A stretch of DNA of 64,000 nt from Dehalococcoidia bacterium (GTDB lineage Bacteria > Chloroflexota > Dehalococcoidia > Lucifugimonadales > JAGWBF01). Position numbers and translations under genes: made by a program. The stretch covers positions 2,251,096-2,315,095 of the forward strand of contig OZ240206.1 in assembly GCA_965197405.1 (NCBI GenBank), written 5' to 3'. This document shows positions 17,261 through 26,830 of the stretch, one piece after another (position 1 is the stretch's first letter; the number at the start of each line of letters is the position of its first letter). The notes beneath the pieces were generated by a model, which was not told where the DNA came from, searched no databases, and saw nothing but the letters and a program-made list of their open reading frames with translations.

Positions 17261-18922
17261 CTAAAACGTCATGAACTCGCCTTGCTCGCCGAAGACGTCC
17301 CGGAAGACGTCGCATATCTCTCCCAGGGTGCAGTAGCTCTCCACGCATTCCAGGACCGCCGGCACCGTGTTCTCGTCGGAGCGGGACACCTCCTCGAGGC
17401 GGGCCAAAGACATCCTTACCGACCCATCATCCCGGTCCCGGCGAAGCTGCCGGAGGCGCTCAATCTGGTGGTGCGTCAGCTCGGGGTCCACCTTCAGCAG
17501 CCCGGAGATAGGAGGGGTCTCGCCGACGTAGCGGTTCACCCCGACGATTATCCGTTTGCCGTTTTCCACCTCGTGCTGGTGCTCGTAGGCGGCGTCGTGT
17601 ATCTCCCGTATCTGGTAGCCCTGCTCCAGGGCGGCGATGGCGCCCCCCATATCCTCAATCTTTTCGATGTACCGGAAGGCCTCCTCTTCCAGACGGCTGG
17701 TGAGGCTCTCCACGTAGTAGGAGCCGCCCAGGGGGTCCACCACGTCGGCAACTCCGTTCTCGTAGGCCAAGACCTGCTGGGTGCGCAGGGAAAGCTGCAC
17801 CGACTCCTCGGAGGGCAGGGCCAGGGCCTCGTCCCGGGAGTTGACGTGGAGGGACTGGGTGCCGCCCAGAATTGCCGCCAGCGCCTGGATGGTGGTGCGT
17901 ATGACGTTGTTGTCGGGCTGCTGGGCCGTTAATGCGACCCCGGCTGTCTGTGTGTGGAAGCGGAGCATATAGGAGCGGGGATTCTTGGCCCCGAACTGGT
18001 CTCGGACGATCTTCGCCCACATGCGCCGGGCCGCGCGGTACTTGGCTACCTCCTCGAAGAGGTTGTTCTGAGAGACGAAGAAGAAGGAGAGGCGTCCGGC
18101 AAACTCGTCTATATCCAGGCCCGCGTCCACCGCCGCCTGCACGTAGGCTATGGCGTTGGCGAAGGTGAAGGCCAGCTCTTGCACGGCGGTGGCCCCGGCC
18201 TCCCGCATATGATAGCCGCTGATGCTGATGGTATTCCACCGGGGCACGCTCTGGGTGCAGTATTTGAACACGTCCACTATCAGACGCATGGATGGCCTGG
18301 GCGGGTAGCTGTAGGTGCCGCGCGCGATGTACTCCTTCAGGATGTCGTTCTGGATGGTCCCGTTGAGCTGCTCCAGGGGCACCCCTTGCTTTTTACCTAC
18401 GGCTATGTAGAGGCACAGAAGGATGGACGCCGTGGCGTTGATGGTCATGGAGGTGCTCACCTTGTCCAGGGGGATGCCGTCGAGGAGGGCTTCCATGTCC
18501 CGGAGGCTGCTTATGGGCACGCCCACCTTGCCGACCTCTCCCTGGGCCAAGGGGTGGTCCGAGTCGTAGCCTATCTGGGTGGGGAGGTCGAAGGCGACGG
18601 AGAGGCCGGTCTGCCCCTGCTCCAGGAGGTATTTGTAGCGGCGGTTGGACTCCTCGGCGGTGGCGTATCCCGAGTACTGGCGCATGGTCCACACCCGGCC
18701 CCGGTACATGTTGGGCTGCACCCCACGGGTATAGGGGTACTCACCAGGATAGCCAAGGTCTCTGTTGTAATCAAAGCCGGAGGATTCCAGGTCCTGGGGG
18801 GAATACAAGGGTTCCTGCTCAATGCCGGACTCGGTGCGGAACTGCTCCTCCCGCTCCGGGTGACGCTCGACGATGGGAGCAAGGGTGCTTTCCTGCCACT
18901 CCTCCTTGCTTCGGCTGGTCAT
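17261..18922 (-). CDS. methylmalonyl-CoA mutase, large (substrate-binding TIM-barrel) subunit
   Basis: 553 aa with [18 protein letters not shown] and [11 protein letters not shown]. It lacks a B12 domain, which is encoded separately at 14864-15289. Confidence 0.9.
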   Translation of the reverse strand: MTSRSKEEWQESTLAPIVERHPEREEQFRTESGIEQEPLYSPQDLESSGFDYNRDLGYPGEYPYTRGVQPNMYRGRVWTMRQYSGYATAEESNRRYKYLLEQGQTGLSVAFDLPTQIGYDSDHPLAQGEVGKVGVPISSLRDMEALLDGIPLDKVSTSMTINATASILLCLYIAVGKKQGVPLEQLNGTIQNDILKEYIARGTYSYPPRPSMRLIVDVFKYCTQSVPRWNTISISGYHMREAGATAVQELAFTFANAIAYVQAAVDAGLDIDEFAGRLSFFFVSQNNLFEEVAKYRAARRMWAKIVRDQFGAKNPRSYMLRFHTQTAGVALTAQQPDNNVIRTTIQALAAILGGTQSLHVNSRDEALALPSEESVQLSLRTQQVLAYENGVADVVDPLGGSYYVESLTSRLEEEAFRYIEKIEDMGGAIAALEQGYQIREIHDAAYEHQHEVENGKRIIVGVNRYVGETPPISGLLKVDPELTHHQIERLRQLRRDRDDGSVRMSLARLEEVSRSDENTVPAVLECVESYCTLGEICDVFRDVFGEQGEFMTF

Positions 18923-19170
18923 GGGGCCTCCTTTGGCGTATAGAATCGTTGGTTTTCAGCGACCCCTTGATGGAACGTCATTACTAATGCCATTCGCCAT
19001 TCGTGTATCTTACCATGTGAAGTCAAGCCAACCCCATTATAAACCCTTGCATCGTGCTGGACAAAGGAAGATACAGCCTGCCCGCAAATCCTCGCTTGCT
19101 ACCTTGGGGCCGATGGGGTAAACTAGAGGCTGCAATCCGGAGTGGGACCGCATAGATTCGGGGGCTAAGT

Positions 19171-20208
19171 GTGCAGACGCCAGACGTATCCCAATGGGGT
19201 GAGGCTGACTGGGGGATCAAAGTGCCTCTGGCCGACGGGCAGGGCTTGCGCCTGGACAACGCCCTCATAGGCAGCTATGGCGAGGTCCCGGATGAAGCCC
19301 TTGCCAGTCACGGGATGTCGCCCCGGGGCGCGGTGGCCGAACCCAACACGCCCGACTTCGGATTTCGCATAACCCGCAAGATAGACTGCTGGGCCGACGA
19401 CGTGCCGGAGCTTTACGAGCGGGCCAAGGCCGAGCAATGGGACGCTACCAGGGACATTCCCTGGCACAAGCTACCCGAACTCCATGAAGACCTGGAGCGG
19501 GCGGTGTGCCAGATAATGACCTTCCTGGTGGAGAACGAGTACGTTGCCCTCTATCTCCCCTCGAAGTTCATCTCACGCATAGACCCCCACTACACCGAGG
19601 TGTCCCTTCTCCTGGCGACCCAGGTCAAGGATGAGGCCCGCCATATCGAGGTCTACACCAAACGGGCGCTGGCAAATGGCGGCGGCCTCCAGTACGTGTC
19701 GGCCTCCACCCAGTGGGCCTTGAAGAGCCTCATCACCCAGGAGAACTACGTCAAGGCGTCTTTCCTCCTCCATGTCCTGGGAGAGGGGACGTTTCTCGAC
19801 ATGCTCAAGTTCATCGAGGATATAGCGCCCGACCCGGTCACCAGGGAAATCCTGGTCCGCACCCGCCAGGACGAGGCGAGGCACGTGGGCTACGGCGTCT
19901 CCCATGTCCGGTATCTGCTGCGAGAGGACCCCAGCCTGGGTGAAGAGTTGCTGGAGGCGGCTGAAGAGCGGGCCTCCTTCCTGCGGGCGACTTCTGGCGC
20001 CAACCCGTTCCTCCAGCGGTCGCTGGCCACCCTTGCGGGCGGTGGCGGCCAGGACGAGCAGCTGGAGCGAGGGGCGGAGAGGGTGAGAGAGTTCTACAAG
20101 AAGATGCACGAGACCCGGATTCACCGGCTGACGCTGGCGGGTCTGGACGAGCGCACGGCGCGAAAGATCGCCGAGCTTCATGGCGGCGGCGGCAAAGCCT
20201 ATATGTAG
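19171..20208 (+). CDS. ferritin-like di-iron carboxylate protein, function unknown
   Basis: Two E...ExxH pairs (VENEY..DEARHIEVY and LGEGT..DEARHVGYG). The start codon (GTG) is uncertain. Confidence 0.6.
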   Translation: MQTPDVSQWGEADWGIKVPLADGQGLRLDNALIGSYGEVPDEALASHGMSPRGAVAEPNTPDFGFRITRKIDCWADDVPELYERAKAEQWDATRDIPWHKLPELHEDLERAVCQIMTFLVENEYVALYLPSKFISRIDPHYTEVSLLLATQVKDEARHIEVYTKRALANGGGLQYVSASTQWALKSLITQENYVKASFLLHVLGEGTFLDMLKFIEDIAPDPVTREILVRTRQDEARHVGYGVSHVRYLLREDPSLGEELLEAAEERASFLRATSGANPFLQRSLATLAGGGGQDEQLERGAERVREFYKKMHETRIHRLTLAGLDERTARKIAELHGGGGKAYM

Positions 20209-20219
20209 TATGCAGGAGG

Positions 20220-20759
20220 TTGAACGTGGCACAGGTAAAGCTCAACGGGGTGGACATCGAGAAGATACAGGCCCTCGTGAAGGAGATGCAAGACAACCCG
20301 GAGAAGATGCAGGAGATGGCGACGTCGGGCTGGCGGACGCGAAACCAGTGGGTAGGTGGGTTTGAGCACTCAGTCTACGCCCGGGAGCTTGCTCCGACCA
20401 CCCTTGACGAGCCCCAGGATATAGCCGGCGGCGACCGGGGCCTGAGCCCCCACGAGGCCATTATGAGCGCGGTGGGCGCTTGCATAGCCACAGGCTTCGT
20501 GGCCCAGGCCACCGCACGCGGGGTAAAAGTGGATTCCCTGGAGGTGAGCGTGGACGGCAGTCTGAACCTCCCCGTGTTCTTCGGACTGGCTGACGGCAAT
20601 CCCGGGTACGATAGCATGGACGTGACCGTCTATGCCAAGACCGACGCCTCCCCGGAGGTGTTGCAGGAGATATGGGACATCGCCGTGGATAAATCGCCGG
20701 TAACGAACACGGTCAAGAGACCCGTTACCGTCAATACCACCCTGCGCAATATCGAGTAG
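20220..20759 (+). CDS. OsmC-family protein (single-Cys subtype)
   Basis: 179 aa with the SAVGACIATGF core. Paralog of 22221-22751. Confidence 0.7.
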   Translation: MNVAQVKLNGVDIEKIQALVKEMQDNPEKMQEMATSGWRTRNQWVGGFEHSVYARELAPTTLDEPQDIAGGDRGLSPHEAIMSAVGACIATGFVAQATARGVKVDSLEVSVDGSLNLPVFFGLADGNPGYDSMDVTVYAKTDASPEVLQEIWDIAVDKSPVTNTVKRPVTVNTTLRNIE

Positions 20760-20809
20760 CGTACATTTATCTTTAATACCTCTTATCTCTAACCCGTGAG
20801 GAGCGCCCA

Positions 20810-21985
20810 ATGCCTATCGCCGGACTGCCCCTGTTCCCCGTCACTGTAGTAGGTAGCTGGCCGAGACCCCCCTGGCTGCTGGAGGCTCTCAGGAATCGCC
20901 AGGCGGGCCGCACCACCTTCGAAGAGTTCAATCAGGTGGCCGATAAAGCCGTGCTGGAGTCCGTCAAGTACCAGGAGGACGCGGGCGTTGACATCGTGAG
21001 CGATGGCGAGCAGCGAAGGGACAATTTCTACTCCTTTGTGGTGGAGAAGCTGGACGGCGCCAAGCTCATGAGCTTGGCGGAGCTGATGAACTACGTAGAG
21101 GACAAGGAGGCCTTCGACGCCATACTGCGGGTCCGGGACGCGCCCGCCTTCGCCATTCATAACACAACGGTGGTGGGCAAGGTGGAGCGGCGCCAACCCC
21201 TGGCCCTCGACGAGTACGCGTTCCTGCGCCAGCACACCTCGAAGCCCATCAAGGTAGCGCTGCCCGGCCCCTACCTGCTCACTCGTTCCATGTGGGTCAA
21301 GGGCGTGTCTGACTCCGCGTACCCTACCATGGCAGACCTCGCCACGGACATCGTAGCCATCCTCCGGGAGGAGCTGATTGCCCTGCGCGACGCCGGGTGC
21401 GACTTCGTACAGTTCGACGAGCCGGTGCTGACCGACGTGGCCTTCAACCCGGAGGTGCAGGAGCGCACCTTTATGTGTGCTTCAATGGCTGCGTCCTCGG
21501 GGAACCCCATGCAGGAGCTGGTGTTTGCCCTCCGCCTGATGAACGAAATCCTCCGGGGCGTGGATGGGGTGGAAACCGGCATCCACGTCTGCCGCGGCAA
21601 CTTCAGCCGCAAGGAGGAAGCCCTGCTCCAGGGGGACTACGAGCCTCTCCTGCCCTATCTCTTGGCTATGCAGGCCGACCAGCTTGTTCTGGAATACGCC
21701 ACCCCCAGGGCCGGGGACATGGACGCCTTCGGCAAGCAAAGAGAGGTCCGGGAGATTGGCTTGGGAGTGGTCAATCCCAGGTCCGACGAGATAGAAGACG
21801 CGGACTCCGTCATAAGCAAGGTGGATGAAGCGCTCAAATACTTCTCCCCCGACAAGATATACCTCAACCCTGACTGCGGATTCGGGACCTTTGCCGAGCG
21901 GCCCATGAACACCCCGGAGGTCTCCTTCAAGAAGCTCCAGGTCATCACCGAGGCTGCCCAGAAGCTCAGGAAGACCTACGCCTAG
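20810..21985 (+). CDS. cobalamin-independent methionine synthase-like (MetE C-terminal domain family) Zn methyltransferase
   Basis: VTVVGSWPRP N-terminus and Zn-ligand motifs IHVCRGN and NPDCGF. 391 aa, a single domain. Confidence 0.75.
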   Translation: MPIAGLPLFPVTVVGSWPRPPWLLEALRNRQAGRTTFEEFNQVADKAVLESVKYQEDAGVDIVSDGEQRRDNFYSFVVEKLDGAKLMSLAELMNYVEDKEAFDAILRVRDAPAFAIHNTTVVGKVERRQPLALDEYAFLRQHTSKPIKVALPGPYLLTRSMWVKGVSDSAYPTMADLATDIVAILREELIALRDAGCDFVQFDEPVLTDVAFNPEVQERTFMCASMAASSGNPMQELVFALRLMNEILRGVDGVETGIHVCRGNFSRKEEALLQGDYEPLLPYLLAMQADQLVLEYATPRAGDMDAFGKQREVREIGLGVVNPRSDEIEDADSVISKVDEALKYFSPDKIYLNPDCGFGTFAERPMNTPEVSFKKLQVITEAAQKLRKTYA

Positions 21986-22034
21986 CGGAAAAGGCGAGCA
22001 AAGTTCCCCCATCCTGTCCAAAGAGAGTGAATAT

Positions 22035-22219
22035 CACGGTCGTTTCATTGTCACCCTGAGCGGTAGCGAAGGGTCTAAAGTCCTTCTCCCCAGTGTTGTT
22101 TCGCTTGCGAGGCATTTTAGATTCTTCGTCGCTCCGCTCCTCAGAATGACACGCGGTGGGGGCCTGCCTGCTGCAGGCAGGCCTGTATTCACCTGATGTC
22201 GAGAATGAAACGACCCTGG
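22035..22219 (+). mobile_element. MITE-like element, full copy (185 bp)
   Basis: The left end CACGGTCGTTTCATTGTCACCC is inverted at the right end GAGAATGAAACGACCCTGG. Internal GTCACCCTGAGCGGTAGCGAAGGGTCTAAA and TTAGATTCTTCGTCGCTCCGCTCCTCAGAATGAC modules form a long imperfect palindrome. Confidence 0.8.
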
Positions 22220-22220
22220 A

Positions 22221-22751
22221 GTGAGTATGGAGCAGCCGCGACAGTTGAACGGAATTGACCTGGACGCTCTGGATGAGGGACTGAAGGAGGTTGGGGAGCA
22301 GGAAGAGGCCCGCCACTCCAGGAAGAGGTCCCGCACCCAATGGCTGGGCGGCTTCAGGTTCAACGCCTTCGTGCGCAACAACACCTTCCTGGTCGAGGAA
22401 CCGGCCAGCCCGGCTGTCACGGAGCAGGTCCCAAACTCGATGGAGTACGTGCTGGGGGCCCTTGGGGCCTGTCTTGCCACGGGATTCGTCCTGAACGCCA
22501 CCCAGCGAGGCATAACCATTCACAACCTGGAGATAGCCTTGGACTCCAGCCAGGACAACGTCTTCACCTTTTTCGGTCTGAGCGAGGAAGGGCATCCGGG
22601 GTTTCAGGAAATCCGGGCGAAGCTGTACGTGCAGACCGAAGCCGCCGAGGAGACCGTTCGCGAGATATGGGACCGTGCCGTGAAGACCTCTCCCGTGGGC
22701 AACTCCCTGGGGCGAAGCGTGACCATCACACCGGAGCTATCGGTGCTGTGA
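22221..22751 (+). CDS. OsmC-family protein (single-Cys subtype)
   Basis: 176 aa with the GALGACLATGF core. Start is GTG 22221 or ATG 22227, immediately after the MITE end. Confidence 0.7.
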   Translation: MSMEQPRQLNGIDLDALDEGLKEVGEQEEARHSRKRSRTQWLGGFRFNAFVRNNTFLVEEPASPAVTEQVPNSMEYVLGALGACLATGFVLNATQRGITIHNLEIALDSSQDNVFTFFGLSEEGHPGFQEIRAKLYVQTEAAEETVREIWDRAVKTSPVGNSLGRSVTITPELSVL

Positions 22752-22761
22752 GGGCAACGGG

Positions 22762-24489
22762 CTAGGGTAAGACTGTCGTACCTGACTCGACGTTCAGCCC
22801 ATATCCCCCCACCCTCTCTGCCACCTCTTCCATTGGAACCAGCGCTGCCTCTTTCTCTGCCCGCAGCTTGATCTCCACCGAGCCTTTGCCCAGGTTGCGG
22901 GGGCTTACCACCATGCGCACGGGCAGGCCCAGCAGGTCGGCGTCGTTGAACTTCACCCCCGCCGCCTCCTCGGGCCGGTCGTCGTACAGCGTCTCGATCC
23001 CGTCCCGGCAGAGACGGGAGTACAGGTCATCGGCAGCCTGGGCTACGTTGGAATCAGTCAGGTTGAGTCCCACCAGGTGCACCTGGTACGGAGCTATGGG
23101 CGCGGGGAAGATGATGCCCTTGTCGTCGTGGTTCTGCTCGATTGCCGCGGCCAGGAGCCTGCCTACACCGATGCCGTAGCACCCCATCGTGATGGGGTGT
23201 TGCTCGCCCTCTCTGTCCAGGTAGTAGGCGCCCAGGGTCTCGCTGAAGAAGGTGCCCAGCTTGAAGATGTGGCCCACCTCGACGCCACGGGTAGACTCCA
23301 GGAGAGCGCCGCAATGCGTGCACCCGTGTCCTTCCCGGGTCAGCGCGATGTCCGCCAGGACATCCACCTGGAAGTCGCGGGGATAGTTGGCGTTGCGGAG
23401 ATGGGCATCGGGCATGTTGGCCCCAACCGCGAAGTTGGAGCCTAGCCGGATGGACTCGTCGCCGATGCGTCTTATATTCTCCAGGCCGATGGGAGACGCC
23501 GACCCCGCCACCAGACCTGCCGCCTCTACCTCCTCTTCACCGGCCAGCCGCAGGTCGTGGCAGTGCAGGATGTTCTTCAGCTTTACCTCGTTCACGTCCA
23601 GGTCTCCCCGGATGGCGACGAACACCACCTCGCCGTCGGCGGAGTAAAAGACGGCCTTGAGGGTCTTGCTGCTTGGGATGGACAGGTAGTCGCATAGCTC
23701 GGCTATGGTCTTGACCCCGGGTGTGGAGACCTCCTCCAATGGCAGCGGGGACTCCATAGGCGAGGGGGGAACAGTGCCACTGGACTTCTCGGCATTGGCG
23801 GCGTAGCCGCATTGGGGACACGTCAGGACTGTATCCTCGCCGCTGGGGGTGGGCAGGATGAACTCGTGGGAGTCCTTGCCGCCGATGGCGCCGCTGTCCG
23901 CCTCCACCATCAGCGCGGGCAGACCGCAACGCCTGTAGATGTTCCGGTATGCCTGGGCCATAGCCTGGTAGCTGTCTTCCAGGCTCTTCTCGTCCGTGTC
24001 AAAGCTGTAGGCGTCCTTCATATCGAACTCGCGGACCCGGATGAGGCCGGCCCGCGGCCTGGGTTCGTCACGAAACTTGGTCTGTATCTGGTACAGGATG
24101 GCGGGCAGGTCGCGGTAGCTCTGCACGTTGGCGCGGACTATATTCGTTATGACCTCCTCGTGGGTCGGGGCCAGCACCATAGGCCGTCCCCGGCGGTCCT
24201 GGAGGGTAAAGAGGTTGTCGCCGAAGGCGGCGCGGCGGTTTGTCTCCTCCCATAGCTCCACCGGCTGGAGGACGGGCAGCCGGACCTCCTGGCCTCCGGC
24301 CGCGTCCATCTCCTGGCGGATGATGTTCTCTATCTTCCGGAGGGAGCGCCAGGCCAGGGGTAGATAGCCGTAAATGCCGGATGCCACCTGGTACATCATG
24401 CCCGCCTTCAGCATGAGACGGTGGCTGTCCATCTCGGCCTCGGCGGGCTCGGTGCGCATGGTCTTGGAGAATAGCCTGGAGAACCTCAT
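22762..24489 (-). CDS. proS: prolyl-tRNA synthetase (bacterial type with editing insertion)
   Basis: Class II motifs FRDEPRPRAGLIRVREFDMKDAYSF and GCYGIGVGRL. The start was chosen at MRFSRLF (24489); the ORF is open to 24561. Confidence 0.9.
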   Translation of the reverse strand: MRFSRLFSKTMRTEPAEAEMDSHRLMLKAGMMYQVASGIYGYLPLAWRSLRKIENIIRQEMDAAGGQEVRLPVLQPVELWEETNRRAAFGDNLFTLQDRRGRPMVLAPTHEEVITNIVRANVQSYRDLPAILYQIQTKFRDEPRPRAGLIRVREFDMKDAYSFDTDEKSLEDSYQAMAQAYRNIYRRCGLPALMVEADSGAIGGKDSHEFILPTPSGEDTVLTCPQCGYAANAEKSSGTVPPSPMESPLPLEEVSTPGVKTIAELCDYLSIPSSKTLKAVFYSADGEVVFVAIRGDLDVNEVKLKNILHCHDLRLAGEEEVEAAGLVAGSASPIGLENIRRIGDESIRLGSNFAVGANMPDAHLRNANYPRDFQVDVLADIALTREGHGCTHCGALLESTRGVEVGHIFKLGTFFSETLGAYYLDREGEQHPITMGCYGIGVGRLLAAAIEQNHDDKGIIFPAPIAPYQVHLVGLNLTDSNVAQAADDLYSRLCRDGIETLYDDRPEEAAGVKFNDADLLGLPVRMVVSPRNLGKGSVEIKLRAEKEAALVPMEEVAERVGGYGLNVESGTTVLP

Positions 24490-24584
24490 AATTACCAACT
24501 CCGGTAACGGCGTAACATTTCCTGCCTGTTGCAGGCAGGTTAGATAGTATGGCAGTGGCAATAGGACGGAAGGCGCTAGTCGCC

Positions 24585-25715
24585 CTACACCTTTTCCACT
24601 TCCTCCATGAGGGCGGACAACATCTCGTCCGCGGCTACCACACGGGCCTTCTGGCCCTTGCGGAAGATGACCGCCCGGCCTGCGCCGGCCGCTATGCCCA
24701 CGTCGGCGTCCTTGGCCTCTCCCGGGCCGTTGACCTCGCAGCCCATGACGGCCACCTTGACATTCTTGTCCATCTTCTTCAGCATTTCATCCACAGTGTT
24801 GGACAGGCTTATCACGTCCACGTCGGCCCGCCCGCAGCTGGGGCAGGCCACCAGAGTGGTCCCCTTCTGTCTCAGGTTGAGGGACTTGAGAATGTCGTAT
24901 CCCGCTGCGACCTCATCCACCGGGTCGCTGCTGAGAGAGACGCGGATTGTGTCCCCAATGCCTTCGTAGAGGAGCAGCCCCAGGCCTATGGCGCTCCTGA
25001 TGGAGCCGGACTTTGCGGTGCCGGCTTCGGTGATGCCCAGGTGCAGGGGGTAGGGGACCATATCCGCGATCCGCTCGTAGGCTTCCACTGTGGTGGGTAC
25101 GTCAAAGGCTTTCAGGGATATTTTGATCAGGTCGAAGTCCAGAGCCTCCAGAATGCCTATCTCCCACAGGGCCGTTGCCACCATGTGGTCAACTATGGTG
25201 TACTCCCCCTCGGCGCTCTCTCCGGCCTTGGGAAGTTTATTCACCATGTCCAGGTGCCTGGAGAAGCCACGGGTCTTCCCTATGCCGCCGACGGGGGGCA
25301 GGCTGCCGAAGTTGACGCCTATGCGGATAGGTATCTGCCGCTCCTTGGCGGCCTGCACCACCAGCTTCACCTTTTCCTCGTCGCGTATGTTGCCGGGGTT
25401 GAGCCTGAGCATGTCCACCCCGCCATTTATGCACTCAAGGGCAAGCTGGTAGTGGAAGTGAATGTCGGCTACGAGGGGGATTTTTACCTGCTTTTTGATT
25501 TCGGGGATGGCCTTGGCCGCCTCCATATCTGGGACCGCCGACCTGATGATGTCGCATCCCGCCTCTTCCAACTCCTTTATCTGGCGGACGGTGGCTGCCA
25601 CGTCCCTGGTATCGGTCTTGGTCATGGACTGGACCGTCACCGGGGCGTCCCCGCCTACCTTGACGTCGCCCACGTATACCGGCTTGGTGACCCGGCGCTT
25701 AATCATATCTGCCAC
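24585..25715 (-). CDS. ispG: 4-hydroxy-3-methylbut-2-en-1-yl diphosphate synthase
   Basis: GcpE family with LRLNPGNI and Fe-S ligand motifs ACPSCGR and GCEVNGPGE. Confidence 0.9.
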   Translation of the reverse strand: MADMIKRRVTKPVYVGDVKVGGDAPVTVQSMTKTDTRDVAATVRQIKELEEAGCDIIRSAVPDMEAAKAIPEIKKQVKIPLVADIHFHYQLALECINGGVDMLRLNPGNIRDEEKVKLVVQAAKERQIPIRIGVNFGSLPPVGGIGKTRGFSRHLDMVNKLPKAGESAEGEYTIVDHMVATALWEIGILEALDFDLIKISLKAFDVPTTVEAYERIADMVPYPLHLGITEAGTAKSGSIRSAIGLGLLLYEGIGDTIRVSLSSDPVDEVAAGYDILKSLNLRQKGTTLVACPSCGRADVDVISLSNTVDEMLKKMDKNVKVAVMGCEVNGPGEAKDADVGIAAGAGRAVIFRKGQKARVVAADEMLSALMEEVEKV

Positions 25716-25737
25716 TCCTAGTTACAGGATAAGACCT

Positions 25738-26784
25738 TCAGCTTTGAAGTATCCTCATGATGTCGTTGTAGCCCAGGGCCACCGCGATTCCTATCATGAG
25801 CGCGATGCCCATGATGGCGAGCACGCCCTCCTTCTCCGGTGGGATGCGCTTGCCCCGGCGCACCCACTCGAGGCCGATGAAGAACAGCTTTCCGCCGTCC
25901 AGTGGAGGGATGGGCAGGATGTTTGCAATCCCCACGATTATGCTCAGGATTCCGGCCAGGGGCAGAAGGAAAATCAGGCCGCCTTCCCTGGTCGCCTCCC
26001 CGGTAGCCTGTGCGATGCCGATGTGGCCGGCGAACTCTGGGCTCCTGCCCTCTGAGATTGAGTTGCTAATCTCGTTTTTTGTGGACACGAGGACGTACTC
26101 GATGAACTGGAGGCCCATGGATGCCGCCTCCCAGGGGGTGCGGGTGGGGGTCCATCTCTGGACGCCCAGGAACTGCAAGTTTATCCCTGTCGCGCCCTCC
26201 CCCGGGGGAGGGTTGACGCGCGGCACCAGGTGTACGCTTTGCCGCTCGTTCTCCCGCTGGATGGTCCACTCAATCTCCTTGCCCCGGTTGGCGTCAATCT
26301 CGTTAGCCAAATCATCGTAGCCATTGACGGGCTTCCCGTTCACTTCGAGTATGAAGTCCCCGGGAAGGACGCCCGCCATCTCTGCGGGGGAGCCTGGAGC
26401 CACCTCTCCAACGCGGGTCCGGACTTCGTCGTCCACGGTGAACATGTAGAAAGCTGCCAGAAGGACGATGCCCAGCACCACGTTCATGACCACTCCCGCC
26501 ACCAACACGATGAAGCGGGTGCCGATTCCCTTGCTTGCGAGACTCCGGGGTTGGCTGGGGTCGTTTTCCCCCTCCGGCCTGACGAATCCGCCAAGGGGCA
26601 GCAGGTTAATGGTGTAGACCGTCTCGCCCTTCCGGAAGCCCAGCAGCCTCGGAGGGAATCCTACGCCGAACTCATGGACCTTTATTCCAAAGGCCTTGGC
26701 GGTGGCGAAGTGGCCGAACTCGTGCACCACTACCACCACCGTGAGGACGGCTAGAAACTCGACGGTGGTGATTAAAGCTTCCAC
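25738..26784 (-). CDS. rseP: RIP site-2 metalloprotease (M50, RseP-like)
   Basis: HEFGH zinc motif in TM1, a central PDZ-like region and a C-terminal NILPIPPLDGG motif. Confidence 0.85.
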   Translation of the reverse strand: MEALITTVEFLAVLTVVVVVHEFGHFATAKAFGIKVHEFGVGFPPRLLGFRKGETVYTINLLPLGGFVRPEGENDPSQPRSLASKGIGTRFIVLVAGVVMNVVLGIVLLAAFYMFTVDDEVRTRVGEVAPGSPAEMAGVLPGDFILEVNGKPVNGYDDLANEIDANRGKEIEWTIQRENERQSVHLVPRVNPPPGEGATGINLQFLGVQRWTPTRTPWEAASMGLQFIEYVLVSTKNEISNSISEGRSPEFAGHIGIAQATGEATREGGLIFLLPLAGILSIIVGIANILPIPPLDGGKLFFIGLEWVRRGKRIPPEKEGVLAIMGIALMIGIAVALGYNDIMRILQS

Positions 26785-26830
26785 GGCAGACCGCTTCTTC
26801 CCTCAGAGGATGTCTGGCAAGGTACAGGCG

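Noticed and set aside
18923-19170. Cobalamin or SAM riboswitch upstream of the di-iron/OsmC/MetE-like cluster (and 20760-20809)
   Set aside because: Only a short AATCCGG-like string is present. I could recognise no B12-box or conserved riboswitch core, and the gap before the MetE-like gene is only 50 nt.
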